A stretch of DNA of 64,000 nt, taken from positions 928,001-992,000 of the forward strand of contig CAVOXA010000001.1 of NCBI GenBank assembly GCA_963700285.1. The letters are read 5' to 3'. The notes beneath the pieces were generated by a model that searched no databases, was not told the DNA's origin, and saw only the letters and a program-made list of their open reading frames with translations. The first letter of the stretch is position 1. Each line of letters opens with the position of its first letter. Of this stretch, positions 31,208 through 40,538 are shown piece after piece. The DNA comes from an uncultured Chloroflexia bacterium. GTDB lineage: Bacteria > Chloroflexota > Anaerolineae > JAAYZQ01. Both the position numbers and the translations under genes were made by a program.

Positions 31208-31816
31208 ATGAGGATCCTAATCATTGGTGGCAAAGGTACCATTGGCAGCAGGGTCAGCAAGCACTTTTCCAGGAAACACGAGGTCCTGATTGGCGGCAGG
31301 AATTCTGGCGATGTGCACGTGGATATTGCCCATACCGGATCCATTGAAGCCATGTTCAAATCGATTGGCAAAGTTGATGCGGTCATCTGCATCGCCGGCG
31401 AAGCCAAATGGGAAGCCTTTGATTCCATGACCGAGGAGGACTTTTACATTGGGTTGCGAAGCAAGCTGATGGGTCAGGTAAACCTGGTGAGGATCGGGCA
31501 GGCCTATGTGAAACCAGGAGGCTCCTTTACGCTGACTACCGGCATCCTCGCCGATCACCCTGTGATGCACACCACAAGCCCGGCGATGGTCAATGGCGGG
31601 ATCCACAGTTTTGTCCAGTCGGCAGCCTTGGAGATGAGAAACGGGATCCGGATCAATGTCGTGTCATCGGATCTTGTTGAGGACGCCGTGGATCGGTATG
31701 GGGCATATTTCCCGGGGCACAATCCCATACCCATGAAGAAGGTGATAAACGGGTACGTCAGAAGCGTGGAAGGATGGGGAACTGGTGAGATCATCAGGAT
31801 TTATGAGAGTTGTTAG
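31208..31816 (+). CDS. Atypical short-chain dehydrogenase
   Basis: IIGGKGTIG, SKLMGQVNLV, GSFTLTTG, IRINVVS. Confidence 0.85.
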   Translation: MRILIIGGKGTIGSRVSKHFSRKHEVLIGGRNSGDVHVDIAHTGSIEAMFKSIGKVDAVICIAGEAKWEAFDSMTEEDFYIGLRSKLMGQVNLVRIGQAYVKPGGSFTLTTGILADHPVMHTTSPAMVNGGIHSFVQSAALEMRNGIRINVVSSDLVEDAVDRYGAYFPGHNPIPMKKVINGYVRSVEGWGTGEIIRIYESC

Positions 31817-31858
31817 GCACGCGGGAGTCGGCGCAACGGGGTACCGTCTGAGGAAGTC

Positions 31859-32025
31859 AGTGTAACGATGGCTGTGGGTACTTTTGGTGGAGAACGCTCG
31901 GGCCCTTGCCAAAGTGTCATGCCCGCGCAGGTGGGCATCCATTTCAGCCAAGGTTAGATAGATTCCCGCCCCTCGCCGGAATGACGGGCAGGCCAGGCTG
32001 CCATTTCCACCGAAATCGATACACT
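31859..32025. repeat. MITE-like nested inverted repeat containing a GTCAT(G/T)CCCGC-type palindrome
   Basis: Outer arms AGTGTAACGAT / ATCGATACACT; inner arms TTTTGGTGGA / TCCACCGAAA; core GTCATGCCCGCGCAGGTGGGCATCCA...GATTCCCGCC...GGAATGAC (31916-31985). Confidence 0.55.
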
Positions 32026-32218
32026 ACCGTAGCGATGGTGATGATCGGGCGCTGCGGCGCGAGTCGCAACCGCTCCCAGCGCGCAAGCTGAGCTGCGACA
32101 GGCAGTTCTGTAGCGAAAGGGGTGATGGTATCGACATAATGATCCATGAGCTGCAGTATCTTTGGTCGATGTATGGTCTGTCACAAGACAGGCCATACCC
32201 CCAAGAAGGAGGAAGCAG

Positions 32219-32305
32219 ATGGTACGCGTAGGTTTGGCAATCACTCTAGTCTTGGTGGTATCCCTGGTGCTCGCTGCCTGTGGCAGAATACTTTGCGCAA
32301 CCTGA
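32219..32305 (+). pseudogene. Remnant of a solute-binding lipoprotein gene (signal peptide only)
   Basis: AAGGAGG RBS, then MVRVGLAITLVLVVSLVLAAC-G (lipobox LAAC), followed by a stop 7 codons later. Confidence 0.75.
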
Positions 32306-33114
32306 GAAAAAACCTGTTGGCCATTGTTGGCTTTGGCCTCCTGGCCACGGTGGTTTTCCTGGGCGTTTTTGCCCCGTGGGTGGCGCCCCACGACCCTTTG
32401 GAGATAAAACTTGAGAACAAGCTGCAGCCTCCCAGCAGGGAATACCTGCTCGGCACCGATGACATGGGCCGGGATCTGCTGTCGCGCTCCATCTATGGCT
32501 TCCGGATCTCGCTTCGCTCCGCGGTCATCGTGCTGCTCGTCGCTTGCGTCATTGGTATCATTTTGGGTGGGTCCGCGGGCTATCTGGGTGGCAAGACTGA
32601 CAACCTGCTGATGCGCCTGACCGACATGTTCCTGGCCTTCCCTGGCTACATCCTCGCCCTGGCCATTGCCGGAGCCCTGGGACCAAGCCTCCTGAACGCC
32701 GTCGTCGCCGTGGCCCTGGTTTGGTGGCCCTGGTACGCCCGATTGGTGCGAGGTCAAGTACTTGCCGTAAGGCAGAACCTGTATATTGAAGCGGCGAAAG
32801 GCATTGGCACTCCACACTGGCGCATCATGACCCGCCACATCCTGCCCAATGCTTTGACCCCGCTCTTGGTTCTGATAACTATGGATATCGGCATCGTCAT
32901 CTTGGTGCTGGCCAACCTCAGCTTTCTTGGCTTGGGCGCCCAGCCGCCCGAACCGGAACTGGGCTACATGATCGCCAGGGGCCGTCTCTACTTTATGAAC
33001 CAATGGTGGGTGGCCACCGTTCCAGGGCTGGCTATCTTTGTCATGGCCCTTGACACGAATCTGGTCGGTGACGCGTGGCGGGATATCCTCGATCCCAAGA
33101 CGCAGAGCCGGTAG
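32278..33114 (+). CDS. Second DppC-like permease, 5' end probably lost
   Basis: LGTDDMGRD, YIEAAKGIG, LSFLGLG, RDILDP. The in-frame sequence upstream of ~32278 (ORF called from 32146) does not resemble a permease. Confidence 0.8.
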   Translation: MWQNTLRNLRKNLLAIVGFGLLATVVFLGVFAPWVAPHDPLEIKLENKLQPPSREYLLGTDDMGRDLLSRSIYGFRISLRSAVIVLLVACVIGIILGGSAGYLGGKTDNLLMRLTDMFLAFPGYILALAIAGALGPSLLNAVVAVALVWWPWYARLVRGQVLAVRQNLYIEAAKGIGTPHWRIMTRHILPNALTPLLVLITMDIGIVILVLANLSFLGLGAQPPEPELGYMIARGRLYFMNQWWVATVPGLAIFVMALDTNLVGDAWRDILDPKTQSR

Positions 33115-33142
33115 GCCACAACACACTGGAGAGGGAGGAAAA

Positions 33143-34162
33143 ATGTCGACAAACGTCAATACTGCCGTAATCGGTCTGGGGATGTTTGGCGCCCTGCAGG
33201 CGCAGGTCTATGCCGAAAGCCCCTTGGCCAAACTGCAAGCGGTGGTCAGCCGCAGTTCCGAACGGGCGCGTGAGATTGGCGAGCGCTTTGGCGCCCGCTG
33301 GTACACCGACTACCGTGACATGTTGGAAAGAGAAGGGGATGTCCAGGCCGTCTCTATCGCCACCCGCGACGCGGAGCACAAAGAGTCGACGATCGCCTGC
33401 GCCCAGGCCGGGAAGGACATCTTTCTGGAAAAGCCGATGGCGCCCTCGTTGGAAGAGGCCGACGCGATGATCGCCGCCGTAGAAAAAGCCGGCGTGCGGA
33501 TGATGGTTGACTTTACGCTGCACTTTGACCCCACCTACCTGGCTGCCTACGAGCGCATCCAGGCCGGGGAAATTGGCGACGTGCTGACCATGTTCGCCCG
33601 GCGAAACGGAACGCAGTCGGCCGGTTACCCCGGACAGCCTGTGCCCTACTCGGAATGGACAGACATTCTCATCTCCACCGGCATCCATGAGCTGGAGCTC
33701 ATGACCTGGTACGCGGACGCGCCGGTGGTGCGGGTCTATGGCGAGTCAGTGAACCTGGCGGACCGCAGCGCAGTCGGGGACGATGGCTACATGGCCCTGC
33801 TGCGGTTCGAGAGTGGCGCCATCGGCAGCCTGGAATCCACAGCACTGCTGCCGGTCACCGAACCAGCCGGGATCAGCTCTCGCTTCGACATCGTCGGCAG
33901 TCGGGGCTGTATCTATATCGAGCACATCAACAGTACCCTCTTCATCTGCAACGAGGAGCGGTGCTACCATCCCGATATCACGCTGTGGCCGGTACTGAGC
34001 GGACAGGCAAAGGGCACACTGCGCGAGTCGATGCGCCATTTCTTGACCTGTCTCTTGGAGGACAAGGAGCCCAGTGTAGGTGCGGTGGAGGGCCGCCTGG
34101 CTCTGCAGTTGGTCCTGGCCATTCAGGAATCGTGCCGGAGGGGAACGCCGGTTGATTTGTAG
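33143..34162 (+). CDS. Gfo/Idh/MocA family NAD(P)-dependent oxidoreductase
   Basis: VIGLGMFG, LEKPMA, GIHE; GGAGG RBS. Confidence 0.92.
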   Translation: MSTNVNTAVIGLGMFGALQAQVYAESPLAKLQAVVSRSSERAREIGERFGARWYTDYRDMLEREGDVQAVSIATRDAEHKESTIACAQAGKDIFLEKPMAPSLEEADAMIAAVEKAGVRMMVDFTLHFDPTYLAAYERIQAGEIGDVLTMFARRNGTQSAGYPGQPVPYSEWTDILISTGIHELELMTWYADAPVVRVYGESVNLADRSAVGDDGYMALLRFESGAIGSLESTALLPVTEPAGISSRFDIVGSRGCIYIEHINSTLFICNEERCYHPDITLWPVLSGQAKGTLRESMRHFLTCLLEDKEPSVGAVEGRLALQLVLAIQESCRRGTPVDL

Positions 34163-34194
34163 CGTGCCGCAGAACGCGAGTCAGAGGTGAATCC

Positions 34195-35466
34195 ATGACC
34201 TGTCAGAAAAGAGAAGATGTCCTGCTGGCCTATCTGGACGCTCACGAACAGGAGATCATTGACTTTACCGGGGAACTTGTGGCAACATCCAGCGCCAATC
34301 CTCCGGGCAACGAACTGGAGGTGGCCGAGGTTGCCTTGTCCCGAATGGGCGATCTGGGACTAACGGGGGCAGAGGTGCTGGCCCGGGAGCCAGAGCGCCC
34401 CAACGTCGTCTATCGCCAAGCGGGGCAGAGTGGGTCACCGTGCTTGCTCCTCAACGGCCATCTGGACACCAAACCGGTGGGCGAGGCAGACCGCAAACTC
34501 TGGAACAGTGATCCCCTGGTGCCAACCATCATCGATGGCAAGCTCTTCGGGCTGGGATCGGCGGATATGAAAGGCGGCATCGCTGCTATCATCTATGCCG
34601 CCGCTGCACTGAATTCTCTGGAAGATGCTCCTGCCGGCGATCTGCTCCTCATCTTCACAGCCAACGAGGAGGCGCCAGGGGAGTATGGAGCCAACTGGGT
34701 GGTCAAGAATCACGAAATCCAGGCCGATTTCTGTCTGGTGGCGGACACGGCAGGCATCCGCAAAGACTTTGACATCCTGCACGTCACCGCCCGGAATACG
34801 GTGATCTTCAAGATCAAGGTCCATGGCACTCAGATGCACAGCAGCATGTCCGACCAGTTCGGGGCGGTGAACGCCAGCGTCAAGATGGGCTGGGTCCTGT
34901 GGCGGATGGCCAGGGACCTGAAGTTGCGCTTTGAACCCCACCCCTACTACCCCCAAGGCCCAACCATCAACCTTGGCGATCTGGTCCGCGGCGGGGTGGC
35001 CTATGGCACCTTCTGCGGCTATGCCGAGTTTGGCAGTGACATCCGTTTCCATCCAGGTATGACCCGCGAGCAGATCGTGGAGGATATCGAGGGTCTTTTG
35101 GCTGGTCTGCGACAGGAAGACCCGGACCTGCAGGTGGAATTGGAGGTGGCGGACACGGGCGAGGAGGTAGACTGGCAGTGGCTGCGGGGAGACGAACCCT
35201 TTGTGGACATCTTGCAGTCGGCCAGCGAGCGTGTGCTCGGCCGAAGGCCGCCGCTCGGGGGCTTCCCGGCCTTTACCGATGCCTTCTGGTTCCACTCCTA
35301 CGCCGGCATCCCGGCCATCCCGGCCTACGGGCCGGGCCTGCTGCCCCTGGCCCACGGTCCGAACGAGTATGTGTCCACCGAGGCTGTCGTCCAGGCCAGC
35401 AAGATCTATGCCTTGGCCGCACTGGAATACCTCGAAGCATCACCGAGCGCGGAGGGTAGTGGATGA
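34195..35466 (+). CDS. M20 family (ArgE/DapE-like) deacylase/peptidase
   Basis: NGHLDT, GSADMKGG, NEE, FTDA, GPG, AHGPNE. Confidence 0.9.
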   Translation: MTCQKREDVLLAYLDAHEQEIIDFTGELVATSSANPPGNELEVAEVALSRMGDLGLTGAEVLAREPERPNVVYRQAGQSGSPCLLLNGHLDTKPVGEADRKLWNSDPLVPTIIDGKLFGLGSADMKGGIAAIIYAAAALNSLEDAPAGDLLLIFTANEEAPGEYGANWVVKNHEIQADFCLVADTAGIRKDFDILHVTARNTVIFKIKVHGTQMHSSMSDQFGAVNASVKMGWVLWRMARDLKLRFEPHPYYPQGPTINLGDLVRGGVAYGTFCGYAEFGSDIRFHPGMTREQIVEDIEGLLAGLRQEDPDLQVELEVADTGEEVDWQWLRGDEPFVDILQSASERVLGRRPPLGGFPAFTDAFWFHSYAGIPAIPAYGPGLLPLAHGPNEYVSTEAVVQASKIYALAALEYLEASPSAEGSG

Positions 35467-36233
35467 TCCTGCAGGGAAAGGTAGCGATCGTAACCGGCTC
35501 CACGCAGGGCATCGGACAGGGCATCGCCCGGCGCTTTGCGACCGAGGGCGCGGACGTGGTCGTCGTCGGCAGAAACGAAAAGAATGGGTTTGCCGTCGTG
35601 GATGAGCTCCGCGACCTGGGCGCCAGAGCGTTCTGTGTCAAGACTGACATATCCCGTGCTGAGGATGTCGAGCGCATGGTCGAGCGCACACTGGATGCAT
35701 TTGGCCAGATCGACATCCTGGTGAACAACGCCGGCGGCAGCACGGTGGGCAGGGGAATACCGTTCTTTGAGCTGGCGATAGAGGACTGGCAGTACACCAT
35801 CGACGTCAACTTGACCGGACCCTTTCTGTGCGCGCGGGCGGCTGCCCGGAACATGGTCGAGCGGCAGCAGGGCACGATCATCAACGTCGCCTCTGTCTTT
35901 AGCTATGCCACGGCAACGGGCAACGCCTCCTACACGGCCGCCAAGGGAGGTGTCGTACAGCTGACGAAAGCCATGGCTGCCGATCTGGCGCCCCACCAGG
36001 TCCGCGTGAATTGCATCGCGCCGGGCGCCATCGTTTTCAAAGAGGGTTATCCAGTCCGGGGCACCTCGATGGGCGATTATCTCCTGGTCGAGCGCTGGGG
36101 GACCGCGCAGGACATTGCCGCCGCGGTACTGTTTCTGGCATCGGAAGAATCCAGCTACATTGATGGCCAGACCATCACCGTCGACGGCGGCCTGCTAGCG
36201 CTGATGCCCGGCAAACCGTTGGGGCAGCTGTAA
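35463..36233 (+). CDS. Classical SDR oxidoreductase
   Basis: TGSTQGIG, NNAG, YTAAK, VNCIAPG. Confidence 0.93.
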   Translation: MILQGKVAIVTGSTQGIGQGIARRFATEGADVVVVGRNEKNGFAVVDELRDLGARAFCVKTDISRAEDVERMVERTLDAFGQIDILVNNAGGSTVGRGIPFFELAIEDWQYTIDVNLTGPFLCARAAARNMVERQQGTIINVASVFSYATATGNASYTAAKGGVVQLTKAMAADLAPHQVRVNCIAPGAIVFKEGYPVRGTSMGDYLLVERWGTAQDIAAAVLFLASEESSYIDGQTITVDGGLLALMPGKPLGQL

Positions 36234-36270
36234 GGCTTGGACGGCGCTACGGAAGCGGAGTATCCATGGA

Positions 36271-36465
36271 TTGGGCAGAACGCAGGAACAGGTCTATATC
36301 GGAAAGGCGATTGCGGCGCTTGTGGACCATATCTCTGAGGGCAGGATAGCCTCGAAGGAGACTGTGGTCTTTGTGCGTACGGGCGGTTTTCCTGCCCTGT
36401 TTGCCTACGGGCACGAACTCTGCGATGCCTTGGATCTGGCAGTACGATTGAAGACGGATCTATAA
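36271..36465 (+). pseudogene. C-terminal remnant of a D-cysteine desulfhydrase / ACC deaminase family gene
   Basis: QVYIGKAIAALVD...ETVVFVRTGGFPALFAY resembles the family C-terminus DPVYTGKA...VVFxHTGGxPALF. The N-terminal part with the PLP lysine is absent. Confidence 0.7.
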
Positions 36466-36534
36466 CAGGGCCAAGCTGTCACGATTCATCAACGCCAGAG
36501 GCGCCTTGCTGGAGTGTAGTCCGCCCTGGCGAAA

Positions 36535-37731
36535 ATGGGAGGCACGAAAGTGTACGATCTCGTTCTAAAAGGTGGAAAGGTGGTCGATCCTGCCCAGGAG
36601 ATCCACGAGAACCTGGACGTAGCTATCCAAGACGGCGCCATCGCGGCCTTGCAGCCTGATATCGCTGCCGACCAGGCCCGTGAGGTATTGGACGTAAGCG
36701 GCAAAGTAGTGACCCCTGGCATCGTAGATCTGCATACCCACGTCTACTGGGGCGGCACCGGCCTGGGCGTACTGCCAGATCGGGTTTCCAGCGAGAGTGG
36801 CGTCACCACGTTTGTGGATGTGGGCAGCGCCGGCGCCGGCAATTTTCTGGGGTTCAAGGAGCACGTCATCGAGCGCTCCCGGGCTCGGATCTATGCCTTC
36901 CTACATATCGCCTATCCGGGTCTCACGGCCGCGGTCTATGCTCCCGAGAGTTTTGCCATCGTAGGCGAGACCTTTGACCTCCGCCAAGCGATGCTTCTGC
37001 CCGCCATTGAGGTGGGTCAGGCATTTCCCGATCTCATCCGGGGCATCAAGGTCCGGCTGAGCGTCGAATCCAGCGGGGACCAGGGCCTGAAGCCGCTCCG
37101 GCTGGCGTTGCAGGTCGCAGAGGTTCTGGGGTTGCCGGTCATGGCCCACGTGGGCGTGCCCCCACCCTCCATGACCGAGGTTCTGGGCCTGCTGCGCGAG
37201 GGCGACATCCTGACCCACGTGTTCCGGGGAGAGCCCAACAGCGCACTGGATCGCAAGGGTAAGATCCGCCCCGAACTGGTAGAGGCCCGGGCCCGGGGCG
37301 TCATCATGGACGTGGGTCACGGGGGCGGCAGCTTTGCCTGGTCTGTGGCCGAGAGAGCGCTTGTACAGGGTTTTCTGCCGGATGTCATCAGCAGCGACAT
37401 CCACCGCGGACTCAAGGTCAAGACAACTCGTTGGTCTGGGATGCCGGCCCAGAACCAACCGACCACCATGTCCAAGTTTCTGAGCCTGGGCCTGAGCCTG
37501 GACGACGTTGTCCGGGCCTCAACGGTGAACCCAGCACGCGTGATCGGCTGCGAAGACCAGATCGGCAGCTTGTGTGAGGGGGCTGCCGCTGACCTTGCTG
37601 TGTTCCAGGTCGAGGACGGCGAATTCGAGTATTCCGACTACTATGACGGCATAACGATCGGGAACAAGAGGCTCTTGCCGCTCTTGACGCTCATAGGGGG
37701 CGAGGTACTGCCTCGGGAGGGGACGGCGTGA
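36535..37731 (+). CDS. Amidohydrolase/deacetylase, dihydroorotase-like (EF_0837 type)
   Basis: PGIVDLHTH, DVGSAG, GIKVR, MAH, LTH, DVGHG, ISSDIH. Confidence 0.88.
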   Translation: MGGTKVYDLVLKGGKVVDPAQEIHENLDVAIQDGAIAALQPDIAADQAREVLDVSGKVVTPGIVDLHTHVYWGGTGLGVLPDRVSSESGVTTFVDVGSAGAGNFLGFKEHVIERSRARIYAFLHIAYPGLTAAVYAPESFAIVGETFDLRQAMLLPAIEVGQAFPDLIRGIKVRLSVESSGDQGLKPLRLALQVAEVLGLPVMAHVGVPPPSMTEVLGLLREGDILTHVFRGEPNSALDRKGKIRPELVEARARGVIMDVGHGGGSFAWSVAERALVQGFLPDVISSDIHRGLKVKTTRWSGMPAQNQPTTMSKFLSLGLSLDDVVRASTVNPARVIGCEDQIGSLCEGAAADLAVFQVEDGEFEYSDYYDGITIGNKRLLPLLTLIGGEVLPREGTA

Positions 37732-38474
37732 GGCTAGCAGAGAGAGTGTACCTGGTGGGCAGCGGCGACTTTGGTGTGAGCCTGACGGATGCCTTTGACT
37801 GCCACGTGTATCTGTTGGACGGCGGCAGCGAATCCGCCCTCATCGACGCCGGAGGTGGCTGCAACAGTCGTGCCATACTGGACTGTGTCGAGGCTGATGG
37901 GATTCCTCTGGACCGGATCCGCTATCTGATTCTGACGCACGGGCACGGCGACCACGCGGCAGGAGCGGCCAAGCTCCGGGACAGCCTGAATCTTGAGGTC
38001 CTGGCAGCGCGAGACATTGCCGATTCGCTGCGGCAGGGGGATACGGGTGCCGATGGCATTGCCCTGGATCAGGCCAAGGAGGCAGGGCTCTACCCACCCG
38101 ATTTTGCTTTCCCGGCCTGTCCCGTGGATGGCGAACTCGAGGGCGGAGACCGGATCCAGGTCGGAGACTGCGATCTCCAGGTGGTAGGAACTCCCGGTCA
38201 CGCCCTCGGGCATCTTTCCTACCTAACTGAGGCCGGGGGCAAGCAGGTCTTTTTTGGTGGAGATGCGGTGTTCTTTGGGGGACGCATTGCCCTGTTGAAC
38301 TTGCCTGATTGTGATCTGCAGGCCTATGTGCACACCATCGAGAGGTTGTCGCGGCTCTCCGTGGATCTGTTTTTGCCCGGGCATGAGTGCTTCTCCCTGG
38401 CCAACGGGCAACGACATCTGGACGCAGCCGCAGAAGCGTTGAAGGCTTTGGTCTTACCGCCGAATCTGTTATAG
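37728..38474 (+). CDS. MBL-fold metallohydrolase
   Basis: THGHGDH, TPGH, GD, PGH. Confidence 0.9.
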   Translation: MRLAERVYLVGSGDFGVSLTDAFDCHVYLLDGGSESALIDAGGGCNSRAILDCVEADGIPLDRIRYLILTHGHGDHAAGAAKLRDSLNLEVLAARDIADSLRQGDTGADGIALDQAKEAGLYPPDFAFPACPVDGELEGGDRIQVGDCDLQVVGTPGHALGHLSYLTEAGGKQVFFGGDAVFFGGRIALLNLPDCDLQAYVHTIERLSRLSVDLFLPGHECFSLANGQRHLDAAAEALKALVLPPNLL

Positions 38475-38571
38475 GCTTGGACTGCCCATTGCCGGAGATA
38501 GTCTGCGCTCAGCGAGGAATAGGGCCCTGGCCCAGCTCACTGTATTCTGAACACAGGAGGCTACAATCAGA

Positions 38572-40479
38572 ATGGAAGCCCTTCTCAGTCCGATCAAGCT
38601 CGGTAGGGTTGTGGTGCCAAATCGGGTTGCCCTTGCCCCCATGGGCTTGGGCTTTGAGACCGCCGATGAAACCTGGCCGGAGAGATACTTTTCCTTTATC
38701 GAAGAACGGTGTCGCGGTGAGACAGGGCTCATCCTTACCCACTTTGCCAATGCGACTCCTCTGGCGACGGCACCCATCGTCGGCAGCTACGACGACCGTT
38801 TCATCGAGACACACAGACGGCTGGTCGAGGTGGTACACCGCTACGATTCCAAGGTTTTTCTCCAGATCGCGGCCATGGGTGGCAAGGGCGGCGATGCGGC
38901 CCCGTCGGCCATCGAGAGCCCCAACTACCTGGAGGTGCCCCGCGAGCTCACCGTCGAGGAGATCCAGACCATCGTCCGGCACTTTGCCCAGGCCGCGGCC
39001 CGAGCCCGACAAGCGGGATGCGACGGGGTCGAACTCCACGGCGGGCATACCTATCTCGTGGGCGCCTTTATCTCACCCCATACCAACCGGCGGGATGATG
39101 CATATGGCGGCGATTTCGAGCGCCGCATGCGCTTTCCGGTAGAGATCGTGCGGGCTATCAAGCAGGAGGCTGGGGAGGATTTTCCCATCGGTTTCAAGTT
39201 CAGTGCCTGGGAGGAGCTGGACGGCGGTGTGACTCCAGAGTTGGCCGTGCCCATCGCCCAGCGGATGGCTGAGGAAGGGGTATGCTACCTCCACGTCTCC
39301 GCCACCTCCGCGACGATAGGGGTCACCTCCAGGTACCCGTCACTGCCCACGATCTATGCGCCGCGCAATACCCTGCTGCCCCTGGTCAAAAGGGTGAAGG
39401 AGGCCGTCAAGGACGTGCCCGTGCTGGCAGCAGGAGCCATCGACGAACCAGCCGAAGCAGAGCAAATGATCGCTAGCGGGCAGTGCGACATGGTCGTCCT
39501 GGGCCGAGGTCTGTTGGCCGACCCCCACTGGGCTCGCAAGGTCCGGCTGGGACAGCGCGTCCGGCCCTGCATCCGCTGCAACGTATGCTATCAGCAGCTC
39601 TGGACGCCACACGCTTCTGTGGTTTGCACAGTGAATCCTTATCTCACCTTGGAGGTTCAGGAACCCCTACCGCCTGCCCCCAGAAAGAAGCGGCTGATGG
39701 TTGCTGGGGGTGGGCCAGGAGGCATCGTTGCCGCCCTGACTGCTGCCCAACGGGGCCACGCGGTGACGCTTTACGAGAAGGAGGACCGCCTGGGAGGGGA
39801 GCTGATCCCGGGTGGCAGACCCACCTTCAAGGCAGAGATCAGCCGGCTGCTCCAGTACTGGTGCAATGAGCTGGCTGACTCTGAAGTTGAGGTCAAACTG
39901 AATGCTGAGGCCACGCCCGAGCTGGTTCGCCAGGAAGAGCCCGATGCCCTGTTCGTGGCCATAGGCGCTGCTCCTGTGATGCCGCCCATCCCCGGCATCG
40001 ATGGTCCCAACGTCATGACGGCCATTGAGGCCTTCCTGAATCCTGACAGAGTCAAGGGCAGAAACGTCGTCGTGCTGGGCGGTGGCGACGTCGGGTGCGA
40101 GTGCGCACTGTTCTTGGCCCAGCACGATTGCCGTGTCACGATCGTGGAGATGATGGAAGGGTTGCTGCAGCTGGAGGAGGTACATAGTGTGCGGGTGGAT
40201 CTGCTCAAGATGATCGGTGATGCCGGCATCAAGGTTTGCACCGACGCTCGGGCCATCGCCATCGACGATGCGCGCGTGGTGGCGCAGTGCGGTCCGGAGG
40301 CCATGCGCATCTTGGAAACAGATTTTGTGGTAGTATCCGTGGGCATGCAGCCGCGCTCGCAGATGGCCCACCAACTGGCCGGTGAGTGCGCGGACGTGCG
40401 GATCATGGGCGACTGCCGGGAGCCAAGAAGGATCCGTGACGCGGTTGTTGAGGGCGACCTGGCGGGCAGGCTGATCTAG
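38572..40479 (+). CDS. Old-yellow-enzyme family FMN/FAD/[4Fe-4S] NADH:flavin oxidoreductase (enoate reductase / BaiCD-like)
   Basis: NRVALAPM, ELHGGHTYL, NRRDDAYGG, CIRCNVC...CTVNP, GGGPGG, GGGDVGCE. Confidence 0.9.
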   Translation: MEALLSPIKLGRVVVPNRVALAPMGLGFETADETWPERYFSFIEERCRGETGLILTHFANATPLATAPIVGSYDDRFIETHRRLVEVVHRYDSKVFLQIAAMGGKGGDAAPSAIESPNYLEVPRELTVEEIQTIVRHFAQAAARARQAGCDGVELHGGHTYLVGAFISPHTNRRDDAYGGDFERRMRFPVEIVRAIKQEAGEDFPIGFKFSAWEELDGGVTPELAVPIAQRMAEEGVCYLHVSATSATIGVTSRYPSLPTIYAPRNTLLPLVKRVKEAVKDVPVLAAGAIDEPAEAEQMIASGQCDMVVLGRGLLADPHWARKVRLGQRVRPCIRCNVCYQQLWTPHASVVCTVNPYLTLEVQEPLPPAPRKKRLMVAGGGPGGIVAALTAAQRGHAVTLYEKEDRLGGELIPGGRPTFKAEISRLLQYWCNELADSEVEVKLNAEATPELVRQEEPDALFVAIGAAPVMPPIPGIDGPNVMTAIEAFLNPDRVKGRNVVVLGGGDVGCECALFLAQHDCRVTIVEMMEGLLQLEEVHSVRVDLLKMIGDAGIKVCTDARAIAIDDARVVAQCGPEAMRILETDFVVVSVGMQPRSQMAHQLAGECADVRIMGDCREPRRIRDAVVEGDLAGRLI

Positions 40480-40538
40480 CCCACTGACGTCGCGAGCAGC
40501 CACAGCAGTTCTTGGACCAAGACAGCAAGGAGGCAACA

